From: a virus
Lineage: Duplodnaviria; Heunggongvirae; Uroviricota; Caudoviricetes
IMG/VR virus record: IMGVR_UViG_2667528074_000007
Length of the DNA: 35,542 nt
Reading direction: 5' to 3' (one strand)
This document shows, piece after piece, positions 10,237-20,568 of this stretch (position 1 is the stretch's first letter; each line of letters begins with the position of its first letter). The notes beneath the pieces were generated by a model that saw only the letters and a list, made by a program, of their open reading frames with translations, was not told the origin of the DNA and did no database searches. The translations under genes and the position numbers were made by a program.

Positions 10237-10797
10237 TCAGGAAGGAAGGGGTATTTCGGTGTGATGTTCGATATCGCCGTCAGGCCCGTTACCGGGATCG
10301 AGATAATCAACATCAATCGCCAGCGTTCGCAGTTCATCCAGACTGTTCAGGTCATCCTGCTGGCGGGTATCGTCTTCGGTCAGCTCGCTGATGACCGAAA
10401 AATCGAACTGATAAATCAGCTCATGACGATTCAGATCCAGCAGCGTGCCGCCGTCATAGGTAATCGGGTTACCGCACGCTTCCGGGTTCCAGCCCAGCAG
10501 AGCCTTAAAGAGCATCTGCCGGACATCGTCCACCACATCATACGAAGCAAACTGACCGCGCTCATCACGCCCGTTACTCAGTATGACAACCACGGAGAAG
10601 CCCTCTTTCAGCTCCTGCCAGTAGTCGGTCTGGCTTTTGTTTTCTCCCGGAGAATCATCCCCCGGTACCACATACGCCGCCGGGAGTCTCAGCTTTCCGA
10701 CCTCCGGCAGATTTTTGAACTGTGCCGCGCCTGCCACCCGGTTTTCAAAATACGGGCAGCGGGCACGCAGCGCAGCAATAACAGGCGTCAGTTTCAT
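10237..10797 (-). CDS. Hypothetical virion protein (neck / tail completion region)
   Basis: 186-aa acidic ORF between head-tail joining genes and the sheath. Confidence 0.5.
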   Translation of the reverse strand: MKLTPVIAALRARCPYFENRVAGAAQFKNLPEVGKLRLPAAYVVPGDDSPGENKSQTDYWQELKEGFSVVVILSNGRDERGQFASYDVVDDVRQMLFKALLGWNPEACGNPITYDGGTLLDLNRHELIYQFDFSVISELTEDDTRQQDDLNSLDELRTLAIDVDYLDPGNGPDGDIEHHTEIPLPS

Positions 10798-11300
10798 CTG
10801 TGTCGTCGCTCCGGCTTCAGTGATTTACGCAATTCCCGCGCCAGAAAATAGCGTGTCCAGCTGCGGTTCTTTTCAAGAGTTTCCACCATGAAGTTATTAC
10901 GTGGAGCCAGTCGCCAGCCGCTGCCACCGGATGCACCACGATGATGGCTGCGACGACGCTTTGCCCCTCGCCTCACGCCATAGAACAAAAAAGCCGGATA
11001 AAAATCACCGGTGATACGGCGGTTTCCCTCTCCATTACGCTGGTTAGGGGCTATACGTGCCATAAAACCAGGGCGATGTTTACTGGCTCTGGGTACCATG
11101 TAACCAATCGAACGAGCCAGGCGTCCGGTCTGATAACCGGGGTTTTCACCCGGTGCCGACCGCGCACGGCGCATCACCAGCCGACGGGCATCACGCATAT
11201 GACGCTGACCAATCGTGACAAACGCCCGCCGGACACGGGCGCGGTTAAAGCGCATCTCCGCAGGCTGCTGAAAATCAACGTGCAAAAAGGAAGTCGCCAT
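10794..11300 (-). CDS. Putative tail completion protein (HK97 gp10-like), very basic
   Basis: 168-aa Arg-rich ORF in the head-tail joining block; 26-nt overlap with the upstream gene suggests the true start may be an internal Met. Confidence 0.45.
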   Translation of the reverse strand: MATSFLHVDFQQPAEMRFNRARVRRAFVTIGQRHMRDARRLVMRRARSAPGENPGYQTGRLARSIGYMVPRASKHRPGFMARIAPNQRNGEGNRRITGDFYPAFLFYGVRRGAKRRRSHHRGASGGSGWRLAPRNNFMVETLEKNRSWTRYFLARELRKSLKPERRHR

Positions 11301-11685
11301 TGCTGCCTCCGTGACTCTGCCTACATTCGCCCAGCTCCGTACACTCCAGCAGCAGAAAGCGCCGCGCCCCGTTCAGATCACGCTGACGTTTCACCCGGTA
11401 CACACTGTCATCACAGACCACCTCATAATCAGCAGTGATCCCCCGGCGGTAACGAATGGTGATGTAATGGGTGATGGCGTCCCCGGTCTGCGCGGTTTCC
11501 TGCCAGGTGGTGGCACTGGTCTGGATAACCTTCGCCCATGTCCGGAACGTAACCGGGTATTGAGGCTCCACGCCAAAGTTATCCGCGGGCATATCCACCC
11601 GCTGGCGGATCAGGACGCGTTTATTCAGTTCACCGGGGTCCGGCAGAATGTAGGTTGCGCTGGTCTGCGCCTGACGAATTTTCAT
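11275..11685 (-). CDS. Head-tail adaptor / head closure protein
   Basis: 136-aa ORF directly downstream of the gp6-like connector gene. Confidence 0.55.
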   Translation of the reverse strand: MKIRQAQTSATYILPDPGELNKRVLIRQRVDMPADNFGVEPQYPVTFRTWAKVIQTSATTWQETAQTGDAITHYITIRYRRGITADYEVVCDDSVYRVKRQRDLNGARRFLLLECTELGECRQSHGGSNGDFLFAR

Positions 11686-12005
11686 TGCGGAAAGTACCTG
11701 TACGGGCCGACAAGCCAGCCAAAACTCTGCGGCATGTCGAGTTTCTCCACTTCCGTAACCGACGAGCGGTTTTCGTAAAAATGGCTGATAAGCATCAGCA
11801 TCCCCAGACGAATATCATCCGGCAGGTGCAGCCCGTCCGGATCGCTGTCCGGAATGGTTTCATCCGGTGCATAGAGCTTCCGGTTCAGATACGTTTCCGT
11901 CCGCTTTTGTGCCGCACAGGCCAGCAGTTGCAGATGGCGGTCATCAGCATCGAAATCCTCATCCAGCCGGAGTTGGGCTTTAATCTCTTCCATTGTCAGA
12001 AGCAT
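11682..12005 (-). CDS. Head-tail connector protein (gp6-like)
   Basis: 107-aa ORF following the capsid gene; typical size and position. Confidence 0.55.
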   Translation of the reverse strand: MLLTMEEIKAQLRLDEDFDADDRHLQLLACAAQKRTETYLNRKLYAPDETIPDSDPDGLHLPDDIRLGMLMLISHFYENRSSVTEVEKLDMPQSFGWLVGPYRYFPQ

Positions 12006-12007
12006 AC

Positions 12008-12208
12008 TCAGCCCTCTTTACTGGTCGTGGCTTTTTTCTCTTTTGCCGCTTTACTGCTTTTTGCACTGATTCCGCGCTCTGCTAACCCGGCCTGAAGTGC
12101 AATCTCCTGCACCCGGGCAGGAAGCGCCCCGTCGTCATACTCACCGGCCCGAATGACCTCAACACGCATACCGTCCGGTGACCATTTCAGATCTTGTTTC
12201 AGGATCAT
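12008..12208 (-). CDS. Hypothetical small protein
   Basis: 66-aa ORF with Lys-rich tail, packed between capsid and connector genes. Confidence 0.4.
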   Translation of the reverse strand: MILKQDLKWSPDGMRVEVIRAGEYDDGALPARVQEIALQAGLAERGISAKSSKAAKEKKATTSKEG

Positions 12209-12257
12209 GATTCTTCACCCGTCAGAACAGGGGGCGCGGTTCCGCGCCCCTGAGTGA

Positions 12258-13463
12258 TTACGCCGCTGCAATCTTCAGCAGTTTGATGGCCTGCGAATCG
12301 ACCAGCATCCCGCCGGTGCGCTTGGTGGTATAAAAACCGACAAACGGTTTATTGGTGTACGGGTCACGCAGAATGCGGGTGCCGATACGGTCAACGATGG
12401 TGTAACCCCGTTTGAAGTTACCAAATGCAATGGCTTTCGCATCAGCGGCGATATCCGGCATCTGTTCGTTTTCAGCGATACCGTAACCCGCCAGAGAGGA
12501 CGGCTGCCCCAGTTCCAGCCCCGGACGCCACAGATAGTTACCCTCGGTGTCTTTCAGCAGACGTATGGCAAACAGGCTGTTGTTGTTCATCATGAACTTC
12601 GCGCCAGTGCGGTGTGCCTTACGCAGCGTGTAAATCAGTTTGATAATGGCGTCTGCGGTCACCGCGGTCGCTTCGCCGGATACAATATGCTGAAGTTTGC
12701 CGAACGCCCGGACCTTGTCGGTTTCATCCGTGGATTCATACGCCAGGAACCCTTTCGGCTTCTTGGTGCCATTGCCTGAGGTAAAGGCAATTTCTTCCTG
12801 TTCGGCAAATTCGGTTGCCAGCTCGCTGTTGATCCAGGCCTCCACGTTGAAGAAGGCATCGTCCAGCATTTTCTGGGTAGCCTGCGGGTTGCCGTAGATT
12901 TCCCCCATGAGAGGTTCAATCAGCTCCAGTCTGGAGGTGGCAGTCTGGGATCGCGTATCCGTTTCCCCCACCCATCCGGAAGCCGTACCGCCCAGATTCA
13001 CCAGTTTTTTGTAGTCGGAACCGCCAACGGTGATCACCGTGGCTTCCTGACGCATCACCACTTCATCTTTCAGCAGGTTAAGAATGTTGCGATCCAGTTC
13101 TTCCGGCACGGCGTAGCCACCGTCTTCATCGGTACCCACCTGCAATGCCTTACGCTCCAGATCGCGCAGACCGTCTTCACGGCCTTTACGCAGGAAGCCC
13201 ACAAACGCCTCTTTATGCTCGGTGGCCAGTTTATTTTGCGCTCCACCTGCCGGACGTTTCAGCTCAAGCAGCTCTTTTTCAAGGTCGCTTTTGAGATTTT
13301 CCAGCTCGCTGAGTTTCCCGTTCAGGGTTTCCACCTGCCCGGCAAGCTTGCCTTTTTCCTGCTCAATCGCATCCACGCGCTTGTCGTTCTTTGCTTTGAA
13401 GTCGTCAAACTTCTGCTGCAGCTCCTGCGCGACCTGTTCGACATCTTTAATATCAACCGCCAT
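12258..13463 (-). CDS. Major capsid protein, HK97 family
   Basis: 401-aa ORF with a coiled-coil-like N-terminal region (delta domain), directly after the prohead protease gene. Confidence 0.85.
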   Translation of the reverse strand: MAVDIKDVEQVAQELQQKFDDFKAKNDKRVDAIEQEKGKLAGQVETLNGKLSELENLKSDLEKELLELKRPAGGAQNKLATEHKEAFVGFLRKGREDGLRDLERKALQVGTDEDGGYAVPEELDRNILNLLKDEVVMRQEATVITVGGSDYKKLVNLGGTASGWVGETDTRSQTATSRLELIEPLMGEIYGNPQATQKMLDDAFFNVEAWINSELATEFAEQEEIAFTSGNGTKKPKGFLAYESTDETDKVRAFGKLQHIVSGEATAVTADAIIKLIYTLRKAHRTGAKFMMNNNSLFAIRLLKDTEGNYLWRPGLELGQPSSLAGYGIAENEQMPDIAADAKAIAFGNFKRGYTIVDRIGTRILRDPYTNKPFVGFYTTKRTGGMLVDSQAIKLLKIAAA

Positions 13464-13477
13464 CGTATTTCTCCTGA

Positions 13478-14164
13478 TTAGAAGTTCAGATTTTTCAGTG
13501 CATTCAGTGCAGAGCCCACATCCTCAGCGTCGCGCAGGGACAGTGCGCCATAGCCCCCGGCCATGAATGCTTTGGCCTGGGTACGGGAGAGTCCGACATC
13601 ACGCAGGACTCTTTCGATTTTTTTCTGTTCGGGGATTTCCCCGCGGGCCAGTGCGTTCTTGACGTCGCTGATCCGCGCCTCGTCGTTAGACGGGAACGTC
13701 ACCAGGCTGACTTCCCAGAGGTCGATTTCTTTCAGCAGAAAGGCTTCTTTGCTCCGGTCGTATTCCCAGTCTTTCAGGACGTACCCAATAGAAAGGCCGG
13801 TTAACGAACCGGCCTTCATGTGTGCATGTGCGCGTTTTGCGAGGGGATCATCATCAATAAGCAACCGTCCCCTGACGTAAAGCCCGACATCGTCTTCCTT
13901 CATTTCGGTGTAAACACCGATGGGTTCATCCATGCGGTGCTGCCAGAGCAGCGCAGGTAACGCTTTTCTGTCACTCCACGCCCGCAGGGAAGCAGCAAAT
14001 GCCCCGGACATCACCACATCATCGTGGCTGTCCTTTACACCAAAGACGGAGCCATACCCTTCAAACTCACCGGAGTCACTGACAGATTTCAGACTCAGCG
14101 GTACATCAAGACGTTGTTTCGTCTGCATTGGCGTTATCCTTCTGCTTACCGGCTTTACTGCCAT
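13478..14164 (-). CDS. Prohead maturation protease, HK97 family
   Basis: 228-aa ORF between portal and capsid genes. Confidence 0.75.
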   Translation of the reverse strand: MAVKPVSRRITPMQTKQRLDVPLSLKSVSDSGEFEGYGSVFGVKDSHDDVVMSGAFAASLRAWSDRKALPALLWQHRMDEPIGVYTEMKEDDVGLYVRGRLLIDDDPLAKRAHAHMKAGSLTGLSIGYVLKDWEYDRSKEAFLLKEIDLWEVSLVTFPSNDEARISDVKNALARGEIPEQKKIERVLRDVGLSRTQAKAFMAGGYGALSLRDAEDVGSALNALKNLNF

Positions 14165-15347
14165 CGGAGGGTTTCGTGGTCATGTTCATCGGTGTGAGAT
14201 AGACATCACCACCGGGACGCGGATTCATATCTTCCAGGTCGCGGCAGTCATTGGGAGAGTAAATTCCCCAGTTGATCCCGGTGGCGTAGGCTTCAAAACG
14301 GGACTTCATATCCCCGCGCAGTAACGCCCCGGCGTTAAATTTGGCGTAATAAACGCCCTGCTTACTTTTTCGTACCAGTCCGGTGTTGATCCGCTGTTCG
14401 ATGCGGGTCAGATACGGCACCAGTGAATAGTTGATAAATCCCAGCCCCAGCTCTTCGATATTGTTGAAGGTGGCGCGATCGGTGTTCTGCACCATGTGCA
14501 ACGGCACCCGGAACAGACGACAGATTTCTTCAAGCTGAAACTTGCGGGTTTCCAGGAACTGGCTGTCCTCGGCGTTCAGCGCCATCGACTTCCAGTCCAG
14601 CCCCATCTCAAGGATCATCGGGCGGTGAGCATTGCCAAGCCCGGTGTGACGCTCCTCAAAATCTTTCTTCAGGCGCTCATAAGCCTGATCCGACAGCGTC
14701 TGCTCTGTACGCAACACACCGGACGTCACCGCACCATTGCTGAACAGTCTGGCCCCGTGCTCTTCGGTCGCAGCTGCCAGCGATATTGCCTCGCGGGCAT
14801 AGGCGATGGGATTCAGCCCCACCAGACCGTCCAGCGTCAGCGTGCGCACATGCCAGATATCTTCCTGGCTCAGTACATCCGTGGAGCCGTCCGGGAATGT
14901 GACCTGATAGACCGGCTCCCAGCTACTGTTAAGCTTCGGTACCACACAGCCGGGATCGACGGGCAGCAGTTCAGCCACTTCGCCAAATGCTTTCACTTTG
15001 TAGGCGTAAAAGTTTCCCCGCAGGCACAGACAGGTGACCACCAGCTCCCAGAACTCCTGCGGCGTCATATAGCCATTGGGATGCGTGGAGATCAGCTTAT
15101 GCAGACGCTCGCCGGTGGCTCTCTGTTTCAGGCTGCCGTTCAGGTGATACAGATTGCAGGGCAACATCCCGACCGACTCTGCCAGCACCCTGACGCAGGA
15201 AAAAACCGCCGTCAGTCGCATGGCCCGCTGGCTGCTGATCTGCTTTCCGGTATAGGTGTCGTAGGACAACCCGATAGCATCCGCCAGCTCTGCTGGCGTG
15301 GTCACCGGTGCGTCACTTTTTCGTTGAAATAATCCCGAAAAGAACAC
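14106..15347 (-). CDS. Portal protein, HK97 family
   Basis: 413-aa ORF directly downstream of the large terminase gene. Confidence 0.85.
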   Translation of the reverse strand: MFFSGLFQRKSDAPVTTPAELADAIGLSYDTYTGKQISSQRAMRLTAVFSCVRVLAESVGMLPCNLYHLNGSLKQRATGERLHKLISTHPNGYMTPQEFWELVVTCLCLRGNFYAYKVKAFGEVAELLPVDPGCVVPKLNSSWEPVYQVTFPDGSTDVLSQEDIWHVRTLTLDGLVGLNPIAYAREAISLAAATEEHGARLFSNGAVTSGVLRTEQTLSDQAYERLKKDFEERHTGLGNAHRPMILEMGLDWKSMALNAEDSQFLETRKFQLEEICRLFRVPLHMVQNTDRATFNNIEELGLGFINYSLVPYLTRIEQRINTGLVRKSKQGVYYAKFNAGALLRGDMKSRFEAYATGINWGIYSPNDCRDLEDMNPRPGGDVYLTPMNMTTKPSDGSKAGKQKDNANADETTS

Positions 15348-15529
15348 TATTTACCTCCGCCGACAGACGACTGTGTACGGTCGAGATATCGCGCCACCAG
15401 CCACGACCAGAACAGGCACAACGCCCCGGCAACAACAAACCCCGCCGGGGGATAAATCAGCCAGGCACCATACGCCAGCAAAAGCGCCCCCAGCACGCCC
15501 ACCAGAGGCGCGAGAATCAGCATGATCAT
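15347..15529 (-). CDS. Small hydrophobic protein
   Basis: 60-aa ORF with two hydrophobic stretches, between large terminase and portal. Confidence 0.4.
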
Positions 15530-15540
15530 AATTACCTCAG

Positions 15541-17274
15541 TTAAAGCGAGCGGATCCCATAGGACTCAATGTGGTCAGACAGCGTGTCTTCTTTCTCGTA
15601 CAGCATGGCTCTGCCAACCGCCATAATCAGCGCAACTGCACCGTCAATTTTGTTTTCCGCCTGCTCTTTGACGGGTTTCACCACATCATCGTTACCCGGA
15701 ATGGTTTTGCCGACCACATTGCCGATACACCAGGTCATGATGGGATTGCCATCATGATGAAAGCGCCCCGATTCAATTGCCGCTTCCAGCTCTTTCATCG
15801 GGTCGGACATGTTGGTGTAGTTCTGAATGATAGTGACGGGATTCAGGTCTTCATCAGCAAGGTCATGTGACAACCCGGTCGCCCCGAAGGGGTCGATGGG
15901 TGACTCACTGACCGGGCTGATTTTGTTCGCCGCTTTGGCCTCCTCGAGGATGTAGCGATAATCCACTTCCGCACCATCGGTAACGGTCAGAACGCCCATT
16001 TCCACCCATTTCTGAAAGCGTTCGGCTGTCCGGCGATCTTCATTTTTCTCGACGCTGTACACCGTGTCATACGGTACCCAGAAGCGCGGAGCCACACTGT
16101 AGTAATGCGTTTTACCGTCAATCTCGCGGGTATAAAGTCGCGCCATGCTGTTCATATCCAGTTTACGCGCCAGGTCAAAGGCCAGAATGCACGGCTGCCC
16201 CTCGAATTGCTCAAGAGTCAGTGATTTATCCTCGCAGCTCTGCCAGCTCACCAGGTTGAAATACGCCGAACGCGCCGACACCCAGATATTGAGGTGTTTT
16301 GTTTTAAAGACGTTTGCCAGACGGGCGTTATTTTTCGCACGCTGTTGCTGACTTAACAAAAACTCACGGTAAACCGACACCCCGATATTCGGGTTGGCTT
16401 TTTCCAGCACCTGTGGGTTGGTCCAGTCGTCACCTTCGTCAACGGTATAGATGATCCCGAACAGTTCATCGTTGGGTACCGAACCGTTGAGCATCTCGAT
16501 AACTTCCCGCCGTTTGTCGTAGCACGGCCCCTCAATGTTGTACCCGGCAGTAGTAATGGCCCACATCAGTGGCTGACGTCGCGCCCCCATCCCGGTAAGC
16601 ATCGTGGTGTAAAGCGCATCGGTGGCGTGCTCGTGATATTCATCCACCACCGCACAGTGGGGTGATGATCCATCACCGGGGTTACCGATCAGCGGTTCAA
16701 ACCGCGCGCCATCCTCCGGACGGTTCATGTTTGAGGCGTTAACCTCAATCCCGAACGCTTCCGTCAGCATGGGTGTGCGTTTACACATCAGTCGCGCCGG
16801 GCGAAAGACTTCCCACGCCTGTTTCTCTGTCGTGGCACCGGAATACACTTCCGCGCCAAACTCGTTATCACAGGCAAAACAATACAGGGCGACACCGGCA
16901 GAGATTGCCGATTTGCCGTTCTTACGGGGGATTTCGGTATACACCTCACGGAAGCGGCGCAGCCGGGAGCCTTTATTGACCCAGCCAAACGCGCAGCAGA
17001 TCACAAAGAGCTGCCACGGCTCCAGCGTGATGGGCATCCTCTTAAATGCCCACTCACCCTTGGTGTGCGGCAACAGCTGAATAAATTTGGCGGCCCGTTC
17101 AGCCAGGTCCTTGTCGAAGCGGTAACGAAACGACTTACTTTTTTCCGCCATCAGGTCATCAAGATGGCGCTGGCAGGCCTGAATCACAAACTGGCAGGCC
17201 ACAATCTTTCCCCGCACGACATCACGGGCATACTGATTGGCAGCATTTACGTTGGGGTAAGATTTCCGGCTCAT
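15541..17274 (-). CDS. Terminase large subunit
   Basis: 577-aa ORF following the small terminase subunit with 4-nt overlap. Confidence 0.9.
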
Positions 17275-17774
17275 GATTCGATGATTTTCAGAAACGGGTT
17301 AGTGGCTTTCTTCTGCCCCGCCAGGCCTATCAGACGCTGGCGGCTGCTGGGGTCGAGTCCGAGCATTGCCCCCGTGCTGCTCATCTCGGACTCCTGTTCT
17401 TTCTTGGCGGTCAGCTCCGGATTTTTGACCATGCCACCCATTGCACCGGTGATGGTGTTGCCCTGTCTGGCAATATTTTTCACGGCACGCCGCCAGAACT
17501 CGTAGGCCACGCACCACCGCTCAAGCACCGCGAGGTCAGTCACGCACAGCAGGCCCTGACCGCAGAGTTCTTTGGTTGTCAGTTGCCACATGATCGTGGC
17601 GAGAGGGAGATCTTCTTCAGCGAACCACTCCGGTGGCTCAACACCTTTGATGGGCGTAAAAACAGGTTCATCTTTATTCAGGGCTCGCTTGCCGGGGTTT
17701 CCGGCCAGCGCCTTGCGCGCCGTTGGCTTGGGGCGACGCCCGGAACGCCCCGCCGTTCCAGCCATATGCGGCAC
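17271..17774 (-). CDS. Terminase small subunit (P27 family)
   Basis: 167-aa ORF with basic N-terminus [30 protein letters not shown], immediately upstream of the large subunit. Confidence 0.75.
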   Translation of the reverse strand: MPHMAGTAGRSGRRPKPTARKALAGNPGKRALNKDEPVFTPIKGVEPPEWFAEEDLPLATIMWQLTTKELCGQGLLCVTDLAVLERWCVAYEFWRRAVKNIARQGNTITGAMGGMVKNPELTAKKEQESEMSSTGAMLGLDPSSRQRLIGLAGQKKATNPFLKIIES

Positions 17775-17890
17775 TCCTGGTTAAATTTCATTTTTCGCGG
17801 GTATAAAAAAACGATGGGGCGGGCAGTCCGGAAGACGTCAGGTCACAGGGATTTGACCCGCCCCTCCCCTCAGACAGTTGAGAATTATTA

Positions 17891-18241
17891 TCACTTTAAC
17901 CGTTCACGGGCCGTCTTCGCCTTATGGCACGGCCAGCACAGACTCTGCAGATTACTGTCAGCATCAGTGCCGCCATGCGCTTTAGGGATGATGTGGTCAA
18001 CAGTTTTCGCCTCACGCACCACACCAGAACGCAGACATAACTGACACAGGCCTTTGTCACGCTTCAGGACACGCGCGCGGATACAGTCCCACTTCGAACC
18101 GTAGCCGCGCTGATGACGGGATTGTCCAGGTTTGTATTGCTTCCAGCCTTCGCTTTTGTGGCTTTCGCAATAGCCTGACGGGTCAGTGGTGGTATGGCGG
18201 CAGCCGCGAACACGGCAGGCTTTTGGTGTGCGTGGTGGCAT
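17891..18241 (-). CDS. HNH endonuclease (packaging-associated)
   Basis: 116-aa ORF with Cys pairs and HIIPKAHGG...CWPCH, next to the terminase genes. Confidence 0.8.
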   Translation of the reverse strand: MPPRTPKACRVRGCRHTTTDPSGYCESHKSEGWKQYKPGQSRHQRGYGSKWDCIRARVLKRDKGLCQLCLRSGVVREAKTVDHIIPKAHGGTDADSNLQSLCWPCHKAKTARERLK

Positions 18242-18333
18242 TATCCGTCCTTCGGTGATGTAGCTGCTTCTGTTGGGTTCATAGTTGAAATCCTGTTACG
18301 CCATAGCAATGTATCTGCCATCATAATGGCAAT

Positions 18334-18357
18334 AAAAAAGCCCCGCGATTGCGGGGC
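18334..18357 (-). terminator. Rho-independent terminator after the 133-aa moron gene
   Basis: Plus strand AAAAAA-GCCCCGC-GATT-GCGGGGC; on the minus strand a 7-bp GC stem followed by a U-tract, 19 nt after the stop at 18376. Confidence 0.5.
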
Positions 18358-18375
18358 TGATGGTTATATAAAATA

Positions 18376-18777
18376 TTAGCCAATTAAGTCGTCAATTTTT
18401 TTCTGAATATAACCATCCAGCAAACGCCTTGAAACGTCAACTAATGTTCCAATGCTTGCATCTTTAAAGCCGGTCTTGAGAGAATTCCAAACCTCTTTAT
18501 TCCTGAGAGCTTCAAGGAAGTCATGACCGCTTGAAGTTAATCGTAACGGTATAACGAACCATGATCCTCCATCAGCAGCCTCAGAGAAACCAAACCCATA
18601 CTTGCCGTCTGTTCTAGCAATTAGTTGACGATCAGCCAATAAACGCATATGGAATAAAAATTCATCGGTGCTGTAGTCATACCCAGCCAGCTGCAGCTGC
18701 TTTATATCAGTATGCGGCTCTTCAGACGCCTCGAAAGCTTCCAAAAGACCTTTCAAATACTCGTGATCTATTTTCAT
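18376..18777 (-). CDS. Hypothetical protein in AT-rich accessory cassette
   Basis: 133-aa ORF (MKIDHEYLKGLLEAFEASEEPHTDIKQ...), low-GC, own terminator, between Rz/Rz1 and the HNH gene. Confidence 0.5.
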   Translation of the reverse strand: MKIDHEYLKGLLEAFEASEEPHTDIKQLQLAGYDYSTDEFLFHMRLLADRQLIARTDGKYGFGFSEAADGGSWFVIPLRLTSSGHDFLEALRNKEVWNSLKTGFKDASIGTLVDVSRRLLDGYIQKKIDDLIG

Positions 18778-18851
18778 AACATTCCCTTTTATGAATGAGG
18801 GAATAATTTAACATTAAACTAGGCAATTGATGAATACTTGGCGTAATGTCG

Positions 18852-19046
18852 CTAGTGGTCGAGTTGCAATACACCGTGATTCAGTAACTCTAAATAAGCG
18901 ATGAGCCCGGCATAAACGGGGATAAACTCACAATCATCTTCGAATTCTGGGATTATTCCGGTTGCGATGGTGTATTGAGGCTGGCTATCTTCCTTCGCGA
19001 AGGATGCAAGGTCTTCAAACTGCTTAGCTGTAAGAACCACTGTCAT
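18852..19046 (-). CDS. Hypothetical small acidic protein in the same accessory cassette
   Basis: 64-aa ORF immediately upstream of the 133-aa gene, AT-rich. Confidence 0.4.
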   Translation of the reverse strand: MTVVLTAKQFEDLASFAKEDSQPQYTIATGIIPEFEDDCEFIPVYAGLIAYLELLNHGVLQLDH

Positions 19047-19069
19047 ACCTCTGTCGTTAAAAAGCCTCG

Positions 19070-19327
19070 CTATTGCGAGGTTCGAGATTGCTCAATCGTT
19101 CGGATGTCCGCTTTATCTCTGTTACACTGCCCCAGCGCCAACAACAAACTGACATTCAAATCCAAACTGCCTCCATAGGTCAGCGGCTCAGGAATAGCTG
19201 GTTGCAGTGTTTCAGTGGTCAGATTCGCCGGTAATGGCACCGCTGGAACTGGCACGTAAACTGTCCGCGTACTTCCGCAACCGGTCAGCAGCGGCAGCAG
19301 GCACAGCACGTGAAGCACAATCATCAT
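19070..19327 (-). CDS. Rz1-like outer-membrane spanin lipoprotein
   Basis: Alternate-frame ORF overlapping the 3' part of Rz, starting MMIVLHVLCLLPLLTGCGS (signal peptide plus LTGC lipobox) and Pro-rich thereafter; extends past the Rz stop. Confidence 0.55.
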   Translation of the reverse strand: MMIVLHVLCLLPLLTGCGSTRTVYVPVPAVPLPANLTTETLQPAIPEPLTYGGSLDLNVSLLLALGQCNRDKADIRTIEQSRTSQ

Positions 19328-19604
19328 CCGCAACAGCCATTTTGATATCTTCCTGGGTTCTCTGTGACTCCAGTGCGATCTGCTGTTTTGCATGCTGGTT
19401 AGCCTCCAGTACTGTATTGACGATTTGCAGTGATTGCAGGACGTTATTGGTAATGGCAGTTGCCGATTTGGCATTTTGTACAGCCTCATCAGCACGTTTC
19501 TTTTCGTGCTGATATTTGCTGTAGTAGTAGTTGGCTGACCAGATGAAAGAACTGACGACAGTAAAAAGGAAAGCAGCGATAACCAGCTTATAGCTCAACT
19601 TCAT
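19212..19604 (-). CDS. Rz-like inner-membrane spanin
   Basis: 130-aa ORF with N-terminal transmembrane segment and coiled-coil-like body, overlapping the endolysin stop. Confidence 0.7.
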   Translation of the reverse strand: MKLSYKLVIAAFLFTVVSSFIWSANYYYSKYQHEKKRADEAVQNAKSATAITNNVLQSLQIVNTVLEANQHAKQQIALESQRTQEDIKMAVADDDCASRAVPAAAADRLRKYADSLRASSSGAITGESDH

Positions 19605-20064
19605 TTACCACCCCACCAGCCTCTTTAAATCGGGCAATCAGGTCACCGATTTTATGTTCATACTGACCGTAACCTGCACCAGGTAACGACGCCCAGATAT
19701 TGCTGCACCGGTCGATTGCCTGACGGATATCGCCGCGATCAATCATCGGTAAAGCGCCACGTTCTTTAATCTGCTGCAATGCCACTGCGTCCTGGCTTTT
19801 GGGGGAGAAGTCTTTCAGGCCAAGCTGCTTACGGTAAGCATCCCACCAGCGTGAAAGAAGCTGATAACGTCCGGCGGCTGTTGATTTGAGTTTGGGGTTT
19901 AGCGTGACAAGTTTGCGAGGGTGATCGGAGTAATCAGTAAATAGCTCTCCGCCTACAATGACATCATAACCATGATTTCTGGTTTTCTGCCGTCCGTTAT
20001 CCGTTCCTTCTGACCATGCCACCATATCGAGGAAAGCTTTACGCTGGGAATTTAGTACCTGCAT
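19588..20064 (-). CDS. Endolysin, lambda R-type lytic transglycosylase
   Basis: 158-aa protein nearly identical, from memory, to lambda R (NQRKAFLDM.AWSEGTDNGRQKTRNHGYDVIVGGELFTDYSDHPRKLVTLNPKLKST). Confidence 0.9.
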   Translation of the reverse strand: MQVLNSQRKAFLDMVAWSEGTDNGRQKTRNHGYDVIVGGELFTDYSDHPRKLVTLNPKLKSTAAGRYQLLSRWWDAYRKQLGLKDFSPKSQDAVALQQIKERGALPMIDRGDIRQAIDRCSNIWASLPGAGYGQYEHKIGDLIARFKEAGGVVNEVEL

Positions 20065-20067
20065 AAA

Positions 20068-20394
20068 TTACTCCTTAGAGCCACCAAACTTGTTACCGAT
20101 TACTCTCATTGCAGCCCCACGAATAGCATCAACACCGATCAACCCCACCCCACCACCAATGGCAACAGATAGTGATTTAGGCCATCCGACATACTCAAGA
20201 GCGGATGCAAAAGTCAGCGTCAGAGCGCCACAGAGTAGAATTTCGAGTGTTTTTCGCTTCCAGCCGCCACCACCGCCAAAATAGGCAATGCGCAAACCAG
20301 CCATAACAATCGACATAATCACTGCGCCCAGCGGTGTGTCTCCACGCCACCAGCTCTGGACCAACTCCAGCCAGGTATTTGGGTTATGAGGCAT
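20068..20394 (-). CDS. Holin, lambda S-like
   Basis: 108-aa ORF with transmembrane segments and charged C-terminus, immediately upstream of the endolysin; resembles lambda S in its central region. Confidence 0.7.
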   Translation of the reverse strand: MPHNPNTWLELVQSWWRGDTPLGAVIMSIVMAGLRIAYFGGGGGWKRKTLEILLCGALTLTFASALEYVGWPKSLSVAIGGGVGLIGVDAIRGAAMRVIGNKFGGSKE

Positions 20395-20546
20395 TTGTAG
20401 TTATCTCTCACCTCGCCGATACAAGAGGTGCAAATTGAGGGAGTACCACGAACCGCAAATCAGAAGCGGAAACGTAAAAGAAGCCGAGCCAATGGATAAG
20501 AGCTAGATAGACCAAGCCCAACGAATACCAAAGCCCAGAAACGACA

Positions 20547-20568
20547 AAACCCGCTCGACGGCGGGTTT
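20547..20568 (-). terminator. Hairpin upstream of the holin, possible tR'-like terminator of the late leader
   Basis: Plus strand AAACCCGC-TCGACG-GCGGGTTT (8-bp stem); on the minus strand it is followed by TGTCGTTTCT, about 150 nt before the holin start. Confidence 0.35.

Noticed and set aside
10261-10851. Plus-strand 196-aa ORF across the tail-completion region, and similar plus-strand ORFs throughout 1..18000
   Set aside because: All overlap the contiguous minus-strand virion operon in antisense orientation; no independent support.
14496-15332. Plus-strand 278-aa ORF across the portal gene
   Set aside because: Fully antisense to the portal coding sequence, His/Gln/Arg-rich and without a ribosome-binding site; typical antisense shadow ORF.
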